A DNA stretch of 64,000 bases from Octopus sinensis. Taxonomy: Eukaryota. The first letter of the stretch is position 1. Each line of letters starts with the position of its first letter. The notes beneath the pieces were generated by a model, which ran no database searches, was not told the DNA's origin, and saw nothing but the letters and a program-made list of their open reading frames with translations. The stretch lies in NCBI RefSeq assembly GCF_006345805.1, contig NW_021832857.1, forward strand, positions 1-64,000, in the 5' to 3' direction. Below are positions 25,837 through 40,100 of the stretch, in pieces. The position numbers and the translations under genes were made by a program.

Positions 25837-27320
25837 GTAAGTCAAGAGCATTCCATTATAAGAATTCTATTTAATTCCCACCTCTCTCCCCCGTGTTATT
25901 GTGTTAATCCTGTCTCTGTGTTCCTTCTACAGACCACTAACAGTACAGAAATTCTTTTTCCTCACTGTCTGTCTGTGTGTCTACCACTACCACCATCATG
26001 ATGATGATCATCATCCTATGTATCATCATCAACATCATCACCTCATCACCACCATTATCATCATCGTCATCATCATCATCATTTAACAGTTGCTTCTTGT
26101 GTTGGCATGGCATGGACAGATTGTCTTTGTCAGTTCTTATTGGCAATTACTGCCCTCATTGACTGCTGTTCCTCTCTGTCAGTTTGACTTGGTTTCCACA
26201 GGTGGTTGACCTTTCTATCCCTTCGATGTACTTTACTGTGGCACCATCACTCAAGAGGTTTCTTCCCATTTCCCTTTTCCTTGTTGTTTTTTTTAATAGG
26301 TGTTTTCTCGTTAACATTAACTATATACACCAACCTTCTGTATACACTAACCTACCTGTTTTATCTCTTATATGTGCTTGTGTGTTTATCTTCACTAACA
26401 TTATACCTGTGCTGTTTATGTATGCATGTTCAGATGATAAACAGGTTTAATTCTAAAGCTTTGTTGAAAATGATTTTAAGACAAATTGTAAACTACTTTA
26501 ATTTTTGAATTTGCAGCATTTTAACATTTAACAAAAGAATCAAATTTAGGAATTGAGCACACACCCACAATAGTTTCTATTGAAAAATCATGAGTATATA
26601 TGTGTGTATATACATACTTACATATCTAGTAGTAAGACAAATAATAGTTAGAAGGTCAGCCAGCTAGTAGATAATCAATAAATAAAAATGTCACCAGTGA
26701 GGGTCACAGAGTTAGTGGATTGGTAGTCACCTATTTAATGGGTACCACGATGATTTGTATGACGTGAATGTAGAAACAAATATCAGAAGTCAATGTTGTA
26801 AATAAAATATAATGATTTATTCCTTGAGTGTAACTCACATGTGTTGCAGTAAAAAGAATGCCATTTAGGTTGGTAAAGTGTGTGTGATGCAATGAGAAAA
26901 TAAGAAATGTCTGGAGAGACAGGAATGAATTTCCCATGACTCAATTTGTATTTCACTGGAAACTGATATGCTGCAAAATAAAAATAGATGTAAGTGAAGC
27001 AAGTTGCACAGCATTGGCCATGAATGCTGTAATAATCTCCAAGAGGATGCAAATCTGCAACTAATTAAGTTGGTGGTGAACACAGAAGAGATGCCACATT
27101 GCGGAAAGTCCTGTTGCTTCCTTGACGTCAAAACTGTAACTAGTTTAACTCTTTGAAAAAGGCACAGTTTACTGCTGGGTGGACGTTGCCTCACGTATCC
27201 TTTGCAGCCATTAGTAAATGGATGAAATGGACACAGCACAACTGTGCTACACCACCACGACAAAATAGGGATTTCATGTCTCACTACACTTATCTACACA
27301 CACACACACACACAACAAAT

Positions 27321-27828
27321 CTAGGTTGTACAAGAGCAATATTGAAGGCATCAATCACATTATTGCCAGTTGTAAGAGAATGTCTTCCAGATATGACCTT
27401 TCCGTGAGGCATGATGTGATGGCCAGAATGGTCTGGAAGAGGATAACAAAACAGAAAACCTAGAAATGGGTCAAAAGAATGTTGGTGGGACTTAACACAG
27501 CCACCGAGTTAAAACACAACTGACCAGATATTATTGTGTGGGACCACAAGGAAAAAAATCTGTTCTGTTTCAGAAATCAGCTGCCCACTGGAGAGCAATA
27601 GGGTTAGAAAAATACAAGAGAAAGAAGACATCTGTGGACCATTGATAAGGAGTATGCAAATCCAGTGCCCTAGGTACACTTTCAGCTTGATACCCATTAC
27701 TATTGGAGCAAAGTATGGCTAAACATTGGTTCTTGGGGAGAGAATGCAATTCCTTAATTCATGCACTACAAACGATGGCAGTATTTGGGACAATAAAAGT
27801 CTGCAAGACCTTAAAATTTAAAGAATGA
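27321..27828 (+). mobile_element. Decayed LINE of the R2 group (restriction-like endonuclease), C-terminal fragment
   Basis: YKSNIEGINHIIASCKRMSSRYDLSVRHDVMAR (zinc knuckle remnant plus RHD), HN*PDIIVWD...VSEISCP (PD..E), IPITIGA, ...GTIKVCKTLKF*. Confidence 0.75.
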
Positions 27829-27912
27829 TTAATAAAACTTGATGCTTTCCTTCAAAGCATCTCATACCAAACAGGTGATCAGTCAAGATTTATTCTAAGT
27901 TATAAAGCGAAT

Positions 27913-27963
<51 letters not shown>

Positions 27964-28049
27964 GGGGTACGATAACTGCTTCAAAACCTCCAGCTTCTAT
28001 ATTCAGATTACAAAATTAACATTTATCTCAATAATATTTGCTCTATTTG

Positions 28050-28182
28050 GTTTTGTGAGCAAATGCCTGATCGAGATAAGCTAGGCTTTTCAGAAACAGA
28101 AATCAACCAACTAACTTCCACATTACAAATACAGTTTGTAAGTGGAACAGTAAAAATATGCAAGACTTTTGACAAGTTTTAG
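28050..28182 (+). mobile_element. Second extreme C-terminal fragment of a related RLE LINE
   Basis: KLGFSETEINQLTSTLQIQFVSGTVKICKTFDKF* parallels the end of the 27.8-kb piece. Confidence 0.55.
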
Positions 28183-29021
28183 AATGTGACATTTTTGTTA
28201 TCTAAATTTCAAAGATGGAGCTTTGTATGTGTGTCAGAAAGCAGCTCCTTCTTCAGAGGAAGAATTTAAATTATTAAAAACAGAAGAGAACATACATGTA
28301 CCCCTGGTAGAAGTTGATTTGTCACTGAGTAAGACCACTTCTTGAACTCATTTCCCTCTAAGAAGCATCCCATGTTTGGTCTTCTTATTGCTAATGACAT
28401 TTTATATGACCTTTAAAGCCTGAAAGTGTCTCATGATTCATTCTACACCGATCACAAGTCATCCCCACTACCCACTCAGCAATAGCCTAACCATTTGGAT
28501 GTTGGGACCTACAATACCAAGAGAGCCCATTGGCTGACCCTTACACTCTGCTGTACAACTGTGCATGAGGGAACATGATGGATATCATAGTGGTAGATGG
28601 GGTGGGCTCCATGACCATGCTTGTGGTTGAGTTTTCCTGTCTTGGAGTAGCAGACACGGCTACACTGGTCACACAAAAGAGCCTTTTCATGCTCTTCTCA
28701 AGAAGACAGTTCACATCGTCCATGTCCTTACCATGTTCCAACACAGCACATGACTATATCTGTCCATTCTATTGTCCCTTATACCCCACAGTGGAGACAT
28801 ACAACAAACTAAATGAAAACAAACATGGATAGTCATTAGGCCAGACAAGGTAGCGAATGCTGGAGGAATATTCTTTGACAAGAGAAAAGATAGGAGAGGA
28901 GACAGATAAGATGCGTCTGGTCTGTGCAACAGACTGAAGGGAAAAACGATGATCACATAAGGAAAAGAAAGATGGATGATGGTTACATGTGAGCAATGAG
29001 AGAGAGTAAAGGAGGAAGAGG

Positions 29022-29055
<34 letters not shown>

Positions 29056-29397
29056 TAGAAAATGATGAAGGGGAGAAAAAAAGAATTAGAGAAAGGATGA
29101 GAGAGAAAATATGAAAGGGGGAGAAAGGGAGAAAAAATGAATTAGAAAAAAGAAGAGAGAGAACAGTACAGAGTAAAGTTGCATTAAAATTATTAAGATA
29201 AACTTACTTGGAAATGGATGTGTGGCATTCAATCATATAATAATATAAATAAAATATATGTATGTATGTATATATATATATATGCATATATACATACACA
29301 TATGTACATACTTGTGTATATATGTATATATATATATGCATATATGAGTATTTGTATTTCATGTTGTTTACATTTTGTGACGTCCTGTAGCCATATA

Positions 29398-29433
<36 letters not shown>

Positions 29434-29445
29434 AGTATGTACTCA

Positions 29446-29988
29446 CATCATCATCATCATCATCGTTTAACGTCCGCTTTCCATGCTGGCATGGGTCGGA
29501 CAGTTTGAGGACTGGTGAGCTAGATGGCTGCACCAGGCTCCAATCTTGATCTGGCAGAGTTTCTACAGCTGGATGCCCTTCCTAATGCCAACCACTCCAA
29601 GAGTGTAGTGTGTGCTTTTACGTGCCACCGGCACAAGGGCCAGTCAGGTGGTACTGGCAATGGCCACACTCAAATAGTGTTTTTTACGTGCCACCTGCAC
29701 AGGAGCCAGTCCAGCAGCACTGGCAACAACCTTGCTTGAATGTTGTTTTTCACTTACCACCAGCACAAGTGCCAGTAAAGCAACACTCATAACGATCATG
29801 CTCAAATGGTGCTTTATATGTGCCACTGGAATGGGAGCAAGTCAGCGGCCCTGGCAATGATCACGTTCAGATGGTATTCTTAGCGCTCCACTAGCATGGA
29901 TGCCAGTCATGTGATGCTGTCATCGAATTTGATTTCAATTTCACTTGCCTCCACAGGTCTTAGCAAGCAGAGTTTAGTGTCCAATGAA

Positions 29989-29990
<2 letters not shown>
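29446..29990 (-). mobile_element. RTE LINE 3'UTR fragment with diverged internal modules
   Basis: (CAT)n-cgtttaacgtccgctttccatgctggc start; repeated tacgtgccac modules. Confidence 0.8.
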
Positions 29991-30045
<55 letters not shown>

Positions 30046-30049
<4 letters not shown>

Positions 30050-30425
30050 ACTTTTACCCCTCCACAAAAAATCCCAAATTTTATTTAATTTGCGGGAAGG
30101 ACTATTTCAACGAAGTCACATCTTGTTCTTACCTTGTTCAAAACGCAGAGTAGACAAAACAGGGATAACTGAAGAAGGGGAATATTCCTTATGTTGTATG
30201 TCTTGTACTCTGTTCCTTTGTTGTTTAAAAAATAGTTCGTTTCCATGTTTTTGTCTTTTTGTTTTCGTTTCGCATTGTGTACAACGTTTTTTGATGTCCT
30301 GTACCCATATGAGCATGTATATATACATATATATGTAAGTATGTACATATATGTATGTATATATGCATATATTTATATATTATTTATATTATATATATAT
30401 ACTTATATATATGTATGTATGTATG

Positions 30426-30506
<81 letters not shown>

Positions 30507-30865
30507 ACTTTTACCCCTCCACAAAAAATCCCAAATTTTATTTAATTTGCGGGAAGGACTATTTCAACGAAGTCACATCTTGTTCTTACCTTGTTCAAAA
30601 CGCAGAGTAGACAAAACAGGGATAACTGAAGAAGGGGAATATTCCTTATGTTGTATGTCTTGTACTCTGTTCCTTTGTTGTTTAAAAAATAGTTCGTTTC
30701 CATGTTTTTGTCTTTTTGTTTTCGTTTCGCATTGTGTACAACGTTTTTTGATGTCCTGTACCCATATGAGCATGTATATATACATATATATGTAAGTATG
30801 TACATATATGTATGTATATATGCATATATTTATATATTATTTATATTATATATATAATATATATA

Positions 30866-30955
<90 letters not shown>
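30046..30955. repeat. Tandem duplication with a 457-bp period (about 280-bp repeat-derived core plus a TA-rich tract)
   Basis: taccacttttacccctcc starts at 30046 and 30503; identical ORFs in the track are offset by 457. Confidence 0.95.
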
Positions 30956-30958
<3 letters not shown>

Positions 30959-30959
30959 A

Positions 30960-32024
30960 GTAGAGGTTGGGGTCCACCAGGGTTCAGTACTCAGCCCCCT
31001 CCTATTTATCATAGTACTCCAGGCAATTACGGAGGAATTCAAGACAGGCTGTCCCTGGGAGCTCCTCTACGCTGACGACCTTGCTCTTATTGCTGAGTCA
31101 CTATCAGAACTGGAGGAGAAGTTCCAGGTGTGGAAGGAGGGTTTAGAATCAAGGGGCCTTAGAGTCAACCTAGCTAAAACCAAAGTACTAATAAGTAGAA
31201 AGGTAGACAATCCACAAATATCTTCAGGAAGATGGCCCTGCTCGATCTGTAGAAAAGGTGTAGGTAGAAACTCTATAAGATGTACCCAGTGTAAGCTATG
31301 GACACATAAGAGGTGCAGCAATGTCAAAGGTAGGCTAACTGGGAAGATAGTTTTTGTATGTGGCAGATGCTCGGGAGCATTAACCTCCGAAAATCTGCAG
31401 AAAACAACTTCCGTCACTTTCCAGGGGGAAAAACTAGAAGTAGTTGATAGCTTCCGTTATCTAGGTGACCAAGTCAGTAGTGGGGGTGGGTGCGCTGAAA
31501 GTGTAACTGCTAGAATAAGAATAGCCTGGGCAAAGTTTAGGGAGCTCTTACCTCTGCTGGTGACTAAAGGCCTCTCGCTCAGAGTAAAAGGCAGACTGTA
31601 TGATGCGTGTGTACGAACAGCCATGCTACATGGCAGCGAAACATGGGCCGTGACTGCTGAGGACATGCGTAAGCTCGTGAGGAATGAAGCCAGTATGCTC
31701 CGATGGATGTGTAATGTCAGTGTACATACTCGACAGAGCGTTAGCACCTTGAGAGAAATGTTGTACCTAAGTAGCATCAGTTGTGGTGTGCAAGAGAGAC
31801 GATTGCGCTGGTATGGTCATGTGGCGAGAATGGATGAAGATAGGTGTGTGAGAAAGTGCCAATCCCTAGCAGTTGAGGGAACCCGTGGGAGAGGTAGACC
31901 CAGGAAAACCTGGGACGAGGTGGTGAAGCACGACCTTCGAACTCTAGGCCTCACTGAGGAAATGACCAGAGACCGAGACCTTTGGAAATATTCTGTACGT
32001 GAGAAGACCAGGCAGGACAAGTGA
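30960..32024 (+). pseudogene. Uninterrupted partial RTE reverse-transcriptase ORF (354 aa) with an internal C4HC3 finger
   Basis: Open from 30960 (VEVGVHQG...) to the TGA ending at 32024, in frame with track ORF 31128..32024. Confidence 0.9.
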
Positions 32025-32685
32025 GCCCAGCCCACTTATGAATGCCTTTCCTCCCTTGGACACAAAGACCGGCTGAAGCAAGCGAAGTCGATATAGAACC
32101 TCATCCGACGACAGACACCCATGCCAACCCCCCATGCTTGCGAAGACATGTTGGGGCAAGCGAAATCGAAATCGAAACCGAATTGAACCAGCCAGGATCC
32201 CATGCCTGGTGGTACGTAAAAAGCACTATCCGACTCGTGGCCGTGGCACGTAAAATACTCCAATGCGACCGTACGACAGGCACCCATGCCAACCTCCTTT
32301 GCTTGTGAAGACATGTTGGGGCAAGCGAAATCGAAATCGAATTGAACCAGCCAGGATCCCTGGTCTGGTGGTACGTAAAAAGCACTATCCAACTCGTGGC
32401 CGATGCCAGCACCGCCTCGACTGGCTTCCGTGCCGGTGGCACATAAAATACACCAATCTGACCGTGGCCGTTGCCAGCCCCGCCTGGCACCTGTGCAGGT
32501 GGCACGTAAAAAGCACCCACTACACTCACGGAGTGGTTGGCGTTAGGAAGGGCATCCAGCTGTAGAAACATTGCCAAATTAGACTGGAGCCTGGTGCAGC
32601 CTTCTGGCTGCCCAGAACCCCGGTCGAACCGTCCAACCCATGCTAGCATGGAGAACGGACGTTAAACGACGATGATGATGATGAT

Positions 32686-32688
<3 letters not shown>
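30960..32688 (+). mobile_element. Young 5'-truncated RTE-clade LINE inserted in (TA)n
   Basis: RT motifs GVHQGSVLSPLLF, YADD, NLAKTK and FRYLG; 3'UTR of about 660 nt ending ggacgttaaac(GAT)n; TA tracts on both sides. Confidence 0.93.
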
Positions 32689-32722
<34 letters not shown>

Positions 32723-35700
32723 TATTATATGATTGGATGCCATACATCCATTTCCAAGTAAGAATTAAGATATAAACTCAAATTAGGCAATCATATTCGT
32801 ATATTTATAAATTCAACTTAAAATGCGTATACATATATTAATACATATCAACACATATGAATATTAAAAAAAAAATATATATATCTAAATATGCATAAAA
32901 TACATGTAAATAAAGCCCATGTGGGATACATATGGGACGGATTTGACACACATGCACTGTCTCTCTCTCTCTCTCACATGTAGGTACACATGTATACAGA
33001 GTACTTATCATTATATTTTAATCCACATTCTGTATAGACAGATGTAAATAATTTGTCTTAGCATAGAATATGATTGTGGACAGGAAATGAGGGACCAACT
33101 GGACTGGTTTCAATGACTGACCACCTTCTTTACTTCTCCATCAAGACATTATTTAAGTAAACTGGACAGACCAGGCTGGAGATCTATTTCAGCAAGTTGG
33201 GTTAAAAGTCGGTTAGAATATGTAAATTCTGAAATCTGGTTTACTTAGGCAACGTCTCTGCCTACAGTTGAGGGAAGGAGGTTGGCACTGATGAAATCCC
33301 AAAACAGGACTGAAACCAGTTGAGTTGACCCCTCTCTTTATGTCCACAAATATATTGTAGACAACATGTTATTTCTCTATACATACGGTGTTGGTTAAAA
33401 CCTATTTATATACACTCTGTAGCTCAGTATAGCATTGAAACAATGCATAATGCATTTATATATATGAATGTATGTGTATATATATATATACACTCCCACA
33501 ATGTCTAGAGTAACAAAGCCAGTTCTCTTCAACAGCATCACAGTTCTCTTTGTGGGACACAAAATATATAAAAACACAACAGCACTTATTATAAGAGTGA
33601 TGATTTGCTACGATCTGTGTAAACGCTGCACAAACTTGATAGATTCTATGAGAGACCTTACTGTTATGGATCAGATTCAGTGAGAATAAAATGATTATAT
33701 CTTCATCTGAAAGGCTCTGTCTTCAATCTCCATTGGGCTCATTGTGTACCAGTCACATACTGGTGTTGATGTCATGAACTAAACATAAGACCATCTGTCT
33801 TACACTATTGTTAAAATTCTGCCAAAGATAAGTTTGCCTTTCATCCTTTTAGGATTAGTAAAATAAGTACCAGTGAACTATTGGGGTTGATGTAATCGAC
33901 TAGTCCCTCCGCACCAAATTTCAGGCCTTGTGCCTTTAGTAGAAAGGATTATTATTATTATTATTATTGTTACTAAGGTGGCGAGCCGGCAGAATCGTTG
34001 GGACATTGAGTGAAATGCTTAGTGGTATTTTGTCTGTCATTACATTCTGAGTTCAAATTCCAATGAGGTCGACTTTACCTTTTCATCCTTTTGGGGTCGA
34101 TAAAATTAATAAAGTTACACACTGGGGTCAATGTAATTGACTTAATCCCTTCTCCCAAATTCAAGGCCTTGTGCCTCCAGTAAAAAAGGATTATTATCAT
34201 TATTATTATTACTATTATTTGTGGTGAGCTGGCAGAATCATTGGCATTCTGTGCAAAATGTTTTGTGGTATTTTGTCCATCTGCATTTAACTGTGCCTTT
34301 CACCCTTTTGGGGTCAACAACATAAGTAGGAGTCAAGTGCTGGGATTGGTCATCAACTGGTCCTCTGCCCTCAAATTCCAGGAACTTGTGCCTATAGTAG
34401 AAAGGATTTTTATTATTATTATTATTATTATTGACAATGATGGCAGAAATGGTAGAGCTGGAGGTGACGATCCAGCTGTGGCCATCCTATATGTTTTCAG
34501 ACTTTGTCTACCTTAGCTAATGCATTTGTCCATATCTAAGATACTAGAGGTGTGTTTTGTGGGAGGTTTGGCTGCTATTTCTGACAAATTTAGTGGCTGT
34601 ATAGAAATGTGTTTCAGAATGCGTTATACATAGTTGTAGGAGTGTCTCTTGCTGACCTTACGCTGCTGTGGTAGCAACAAGTGTTGGACATCTTTTGGTG
34701 TTGTTGACCTGGGTGACACCATTGCACTGGACATTATATATATATATATTTATATATATTTGTATATTTATTTATATAGCCGTGTATTTGTATATCTATA
34801 TATATCATGTTATGTCCATTGGAAGGGGGGAACGGTGTGAACTTGTTGATTCCCCGCCCCCATCCTGTTAAAAATAGACTGGTTTAATCACCATTCTTTA
34901 GTTTTTCTGTGTCAGATAATCAGCACGCAGTGTGTGTGTGTATACACACACACACAATATACATATATATATATATATGGCTGACACAGAAAAGGTTGAG
35001 GACAAAGAATAAGCAATACTATTTATGTAAGCAATAGAGGTGTGTGTGAGTGTTTCTGAGAAATTTTCTCCATGACAAAATACAATGAATGGGTTCCTTA
35101 CCGGTTCAAATATGCTGAAGCATATGTGAAATGTTAACAAGTTTGTACACACACACATGTACGTACGTATATAAATCTGTTGATTTATCGGAAGTGATAA
35201 AGGACAGGGATCAGTACAAACGTTGAGTATTCTTTAACCCGTTATAAATGAAAGGCTCTGATTTCCAGGACCCAAAGTTGCTCATTTCCAATCATCCATT
35301 TGTAAATTTTAGCCTGGTTTTCTTTTGAATATTCTCTGTTGGGAAATTTGTTTGAAATACAAAAGGAAAGTTTGAAGCAAATGCTTCTCTTTCTCTCCTG
35401 ATGATTCAACACTTTTGTGAACGACTTCAAGGTTACAACCTTTCATTTCATTTCTGATTCTCATGGCAATATTATCAGAAACATCATAAATTCCATAGAA
35501 TTGAAGTCATGAAACTGTGCCCCAAGTTAATGTTTTTAAAACCAATCATTCTGCACCTGTGCAGACCCCTACATATATATCGACGGACACACATGGGGAC
35601 ACACATATGTTCACAAAATTAAATTCCTGTATTCTTTTACTTGTTTCAATCATTTTTGACAGCGGCCATGCTGGAGCACTGCTTTAAAGAGTTTTTCAGT

Positions 35701-36504
35701 CAAAGAAATTTTACTCCCAGGACTTATGTTTTGTAAGCCTGGTACTTATTCTATCAGTCTCTTTTGCCAAACCGTTAAGTTACGGGGACGTAAATACACT
35801 AACATCAGTTGTCAAGTGATGGTGGTGGGGGGACAAATACAGACACACACATACATATAGATATATATACGATGGGCTTCTTTCAGTTTCCATCTACCAC
35901 ATTCACTCACAAGGCTTTGGTCAGCCTAAGGTTATAGTAGAAGACACTTGCCCAAGGTGTTACACAGTGGGACTGAACCTGAAACCATGTGGTTGGGAAG
36001 CAAGCTTCTTACCACACAGCCACATCTGTGCCTTATTCGTGAGAGATATATATATATATATATATATATACACCTATATACAACCACACATGCTTGTATA
36101 CATATACTCACACACACACATGCACATATTAAAACAGATATCAATGTAACCCATTAATTAAACATGTCAAAAGTTAATGATTTTTTTTTCTGAACCAAAA
36201 TAAAAACTCAAGGAAACTTGTTTTTGTACAAGAGATACTCAGCCACTTGCACACGAACCATTGACAGTTCATTTCTTTTGTTCAAAGTGTTGGTGACTTG
36301 AATTAAAATCCTTAGATTTTCGCTCAAAGATTTCACTGCATTTTTGATTTCAAGATCCCATTCCTCTGAGGTTGCACATTTTCTACAAGGGACCAAGTAA
36401 TTTTGAATTCACGAGGATTTGTCACACACTGTATAAACTTTGGGTGTATATATAAATGTGTGTGTATGCATTAGTATGGTCATGTGATGCATATGAATGA
36501 GGAC

Positions 36505-37111
36505 ACCTGTGTAAAGAAGTGCCGATTTCTAACTGTAGCGGGAACCTGTGGTAGAGGTAGACCCAGGAAGAAATGGGACAAAGTGGTGAAGCATGATCTT
36601 CGAATTTTGAGCCTCACAGAGGCAATGACTTGTGACCAAGACCTTTAGTGGTATACTGTATTTGAGAAGACCATCAAGCTAATTGAAATTGTAGTCATGG
36701 CCAATGGTGGTGTGATGTAACTGGCACCCATGTTGGTGGCATGTAAAGAGCATCTTCTGAGCATTGGGCCTCATGGAGACAAAATGTTAGTTCCTTTCGA
36801 GCAATGGGCCTCACAGAGGCAATGACCGAGACCTTTGGCATTAAGTCATGCTTGAGAAGAGGACCCATCTAGCCAAGCAAAATCGCAGTTGTGGCAGATA
36901 CTGGTGTCACACAAATGGCACCTGTGCCAGTGGAACGTAAAAGCACTCATTACACTGTTGGAGTGGTTGGCATTAGGAAGTGCATCCAGCTGTAGAAAAC
37001 CGTGCCAAATCAGACTGGAGTCTGGTGCAACCTTCCAGCTTACCAGCCCTGGTCAAATTATCCAACCCATGCCAGCATGGACAACGTATATTAAATGATG
37101 ATGATGATGAT
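36505..37111 (+). mobile_element. Decayed RTE LINE 3' end
   Basis: GTCGRGRPRKKWDKVVKHDLRILSLTEAM followed by the UTR and a (GAT)n tail. Confidence 0.8.
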
Positions 37112-40100
37112 GGAGTGATGTATTTCTAGTGAAATTTGATATCAGCCTGTTGTGATTGATAATATCTCTCTGGTTGTTATATTACTTTATATACACCCAG
37201 AGGCCACACACCAGTTGAGCCCTGGATCTTGCTTCTTCCCCTGTCATTGTCCCCCCCCCCTCCACCAATACCACTTTGTAGGTTCTGCTGTGTTAAGGCC
37301 GCTTGGTTGGACAGTATCCTAGAAGATACAGTGATGTGGTGGTATTCATGATTTGACTAGGACAATATGGGATTCAGTCTCTACAAGGCTTAGGAACAGC
37401 ATCACAGAAACTAAAGTGATGTGGTGGTGTTCATTCCTTCAAGGCTAATCAAATCTTTGCTATTTATGGCACTCCTTCAAGGAAACCCTATTGTGTGGTA
37501 TTCCCTCCACTAGAACTAGACCCCTTCATGGGATCAATGGAAATTGTGTGGAAGTCCTTCAAATGGATTTTACCTATTGTTTCATGATGGATGTCATCTG
37601 CTGGCCACCACCACCTAGATGTCTTAAGGGGTGAGGCATTATTCCATTGGCTGAGGTGTGAGGATGCTTCTTATGATAACTTGCCCCTTATATCAAAACA
37701 ACCCCTTATTCACAGGGAATCTGCAAACTTTGTTTTCTGACTGAGCTTCCCTGTCCATGGTAGTGCAGTGTACTTCACCATGGTACCAATTGACAGCAAG
37801 TTGACCTGCAGCAATTATTGTAGTCTTCTACCCGTGAATAATATTCTTCCTCCAAAACAGAATTCTGTAATTAGAGTATCAATTCCAGATTAATTAAAAA
37901 CTCTGATTTAATTAAAAATTTCTAATCATGAATGTAGTCTCCAGTTTTCACTGACTCCCCCCTCCACCTCCCTTTCTGGAAGGATCTTCCCATCTCTAAA
38001 CTTAGGTTCTATAAAATCATCTTTCACTAATTAATCTTGTTAGTTAATTATAATTTAATTAGAGATATATATATACAGCCTCTCTCTTGAATCTGTTTAA
38101 GGAGGTTTGTAATTAAGTGAAATTGTAATTAACATAATTATGTGATTTGTGTAAATATTGGAATAGAAGTGGTCAGTAGGAGAAGGGAAGAGGAAAGTTG
38201 TAATACATTTGTGATGTATATACATATACATACATGCACCTATACACACACATACACTACGTATATGAGGACAGTGTTGGCAAATTGTGATATAATTTGT
38301 GATGTATACATGCACGCACATACATAGTGTATGTGTGTGTGTATATATATATGCCATCGTCTGTTTTAATGTCTGTTTTTCCATGCTGGCATGGGTTGGA
38401 TGGTTTGACAAGAGCTAGCAAGGCCAGGAGCCACATCAGGCTCCAGTGTCTGTTTTGGCAGGGTTTCTACAGCTGGATGCCCTTCCTAACACCAACCACT
38501 TTACAAAGTGGACTGGGTGCTTTTTACATGGCACCAGCACCAAAGTTTTAGTGTCATCAGAAAGAACAGTGATAGTGCGACTAACATCAGTTATGGAATT
38601 GGCAAAGCCACTGCCGTATTCCAGAGAATGTGTGCTGTCTGCTCCTCCAACACCATCAGCTCTGGGTCACAATGATCCCCCAAAATGTCATTTGATTCTT
38701 GATGGAATATTTCCTCACTTTTTCTGGATTTCTGGAATTCATTTAAAGAAGAATCTTGTCAAGAATTTCTGGGAAACAATGGCAGAGAACCCTAAAAGAA
38801 TTCTCTCCAATTTACTTAAAATCTCTTGATTGGGGGGGGGGGGATATCTAAAAATTAATTTTATCTTTTTCTTGTTTCTGTCATTGGACAGTGGTCATGC
38901 TGGAGCACTGCCTTCAAGGGTTTATTTGAACAAATTGACCTCTACCTACTTTTAAGCCTGGTACTTATTCTGTCAGTCTCATTGAGTTACAAAGGCACAA
39001 ACAAGCCAAGTGGTGATGAGGGACAGACACAAAGATGTGCACAAACACTCAAACATTATTCTTATAAATTTTCCATGAAGATCTTCTCTGGGTTTGTAAA
39101 TGTTTTCTCAAATAAACTTGCACTTCATTTTAGAAGCTCTGAGAAAGCTGTAAGGTAATGCACAAGCATGCAGCTTTGAGTGCAGTGCATCTTGTAGCAG
39201 AAACGGGTGTAAGCTGATGAAGTTGATTATATAATTCTAGTTTCCTTGTCATTTATTTACTTTCACATAAAAAGAGAGAGAGAGAAAGACTTCTTTCAGT
39301 CTTTGCCTACCAAATCCACTGACAAGGCTTTGGTTGGCCTAGGGCCATAGTAGAAGACACTTACTCGAAGTGCTACACAGTGGGACTGAACCTGGAACCA
39401 TGTTATTGGGAAGCAAGCGTCTTCCCACACAGCCACATCATGAAAGACTTGGCAGCGTATCTGTTAAAACGAGGTCAGATTGAGATATTTTCTGGATCTC
39501 TGAAACAAGATACCAAGGAAATGGTCTGCTGGAATTCCTGAAGAATTCTCTTGGAGTCGGTTACCTGATTCTCTTCTAAATATTGTTAAATATGTTAAAT
39601 ATTTGTAAAACCCCATTTCTGATTCTTTACTGTTGATATCTAAAGTGTCAGACTTTCTCATAAAACTGGAATATTGCAGGTAAATTGTCGTTAAGGTTTG
39701 AGTTACAGGTGAAAACACTGTGGAGTGTTGGTGGGGAGAACATCTGGTTTGTTGGCCTAAATTGAAAATTGGGGGAGAGAAAATGTTGAAATCTGAACTG
39801 TTGGAGCATCGGATGTATTCATTATCATCATCACTGTCATAATCATCAACAGTATTTTTACGTTCTATCTCTCTGCGTTGCCATGGGATACACAAAACTT
39901 TTTGAGGGAGATTTTCTATTGATGGATGTCCTTCCTGTGGCCAAGCCTTACCTGTTTCCAAGTAAGGTAATATTGCCCCATGGCTAGACATGTTTTCATG
40001 GATGATTGGAAATGATGGGAACAATCATTTACAATTACCACATGATATCAAGACAAAGAGTTACACACACACACACCCACACACACGAGGCTTGCCATCA

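Noticed and set aside
30169-30210. CUGAAGA followed by a hairpin in the 457-bp unit (also at 30626)
   Set aside because: No GAAA after the stem, so it is not a supportable hammerhead.
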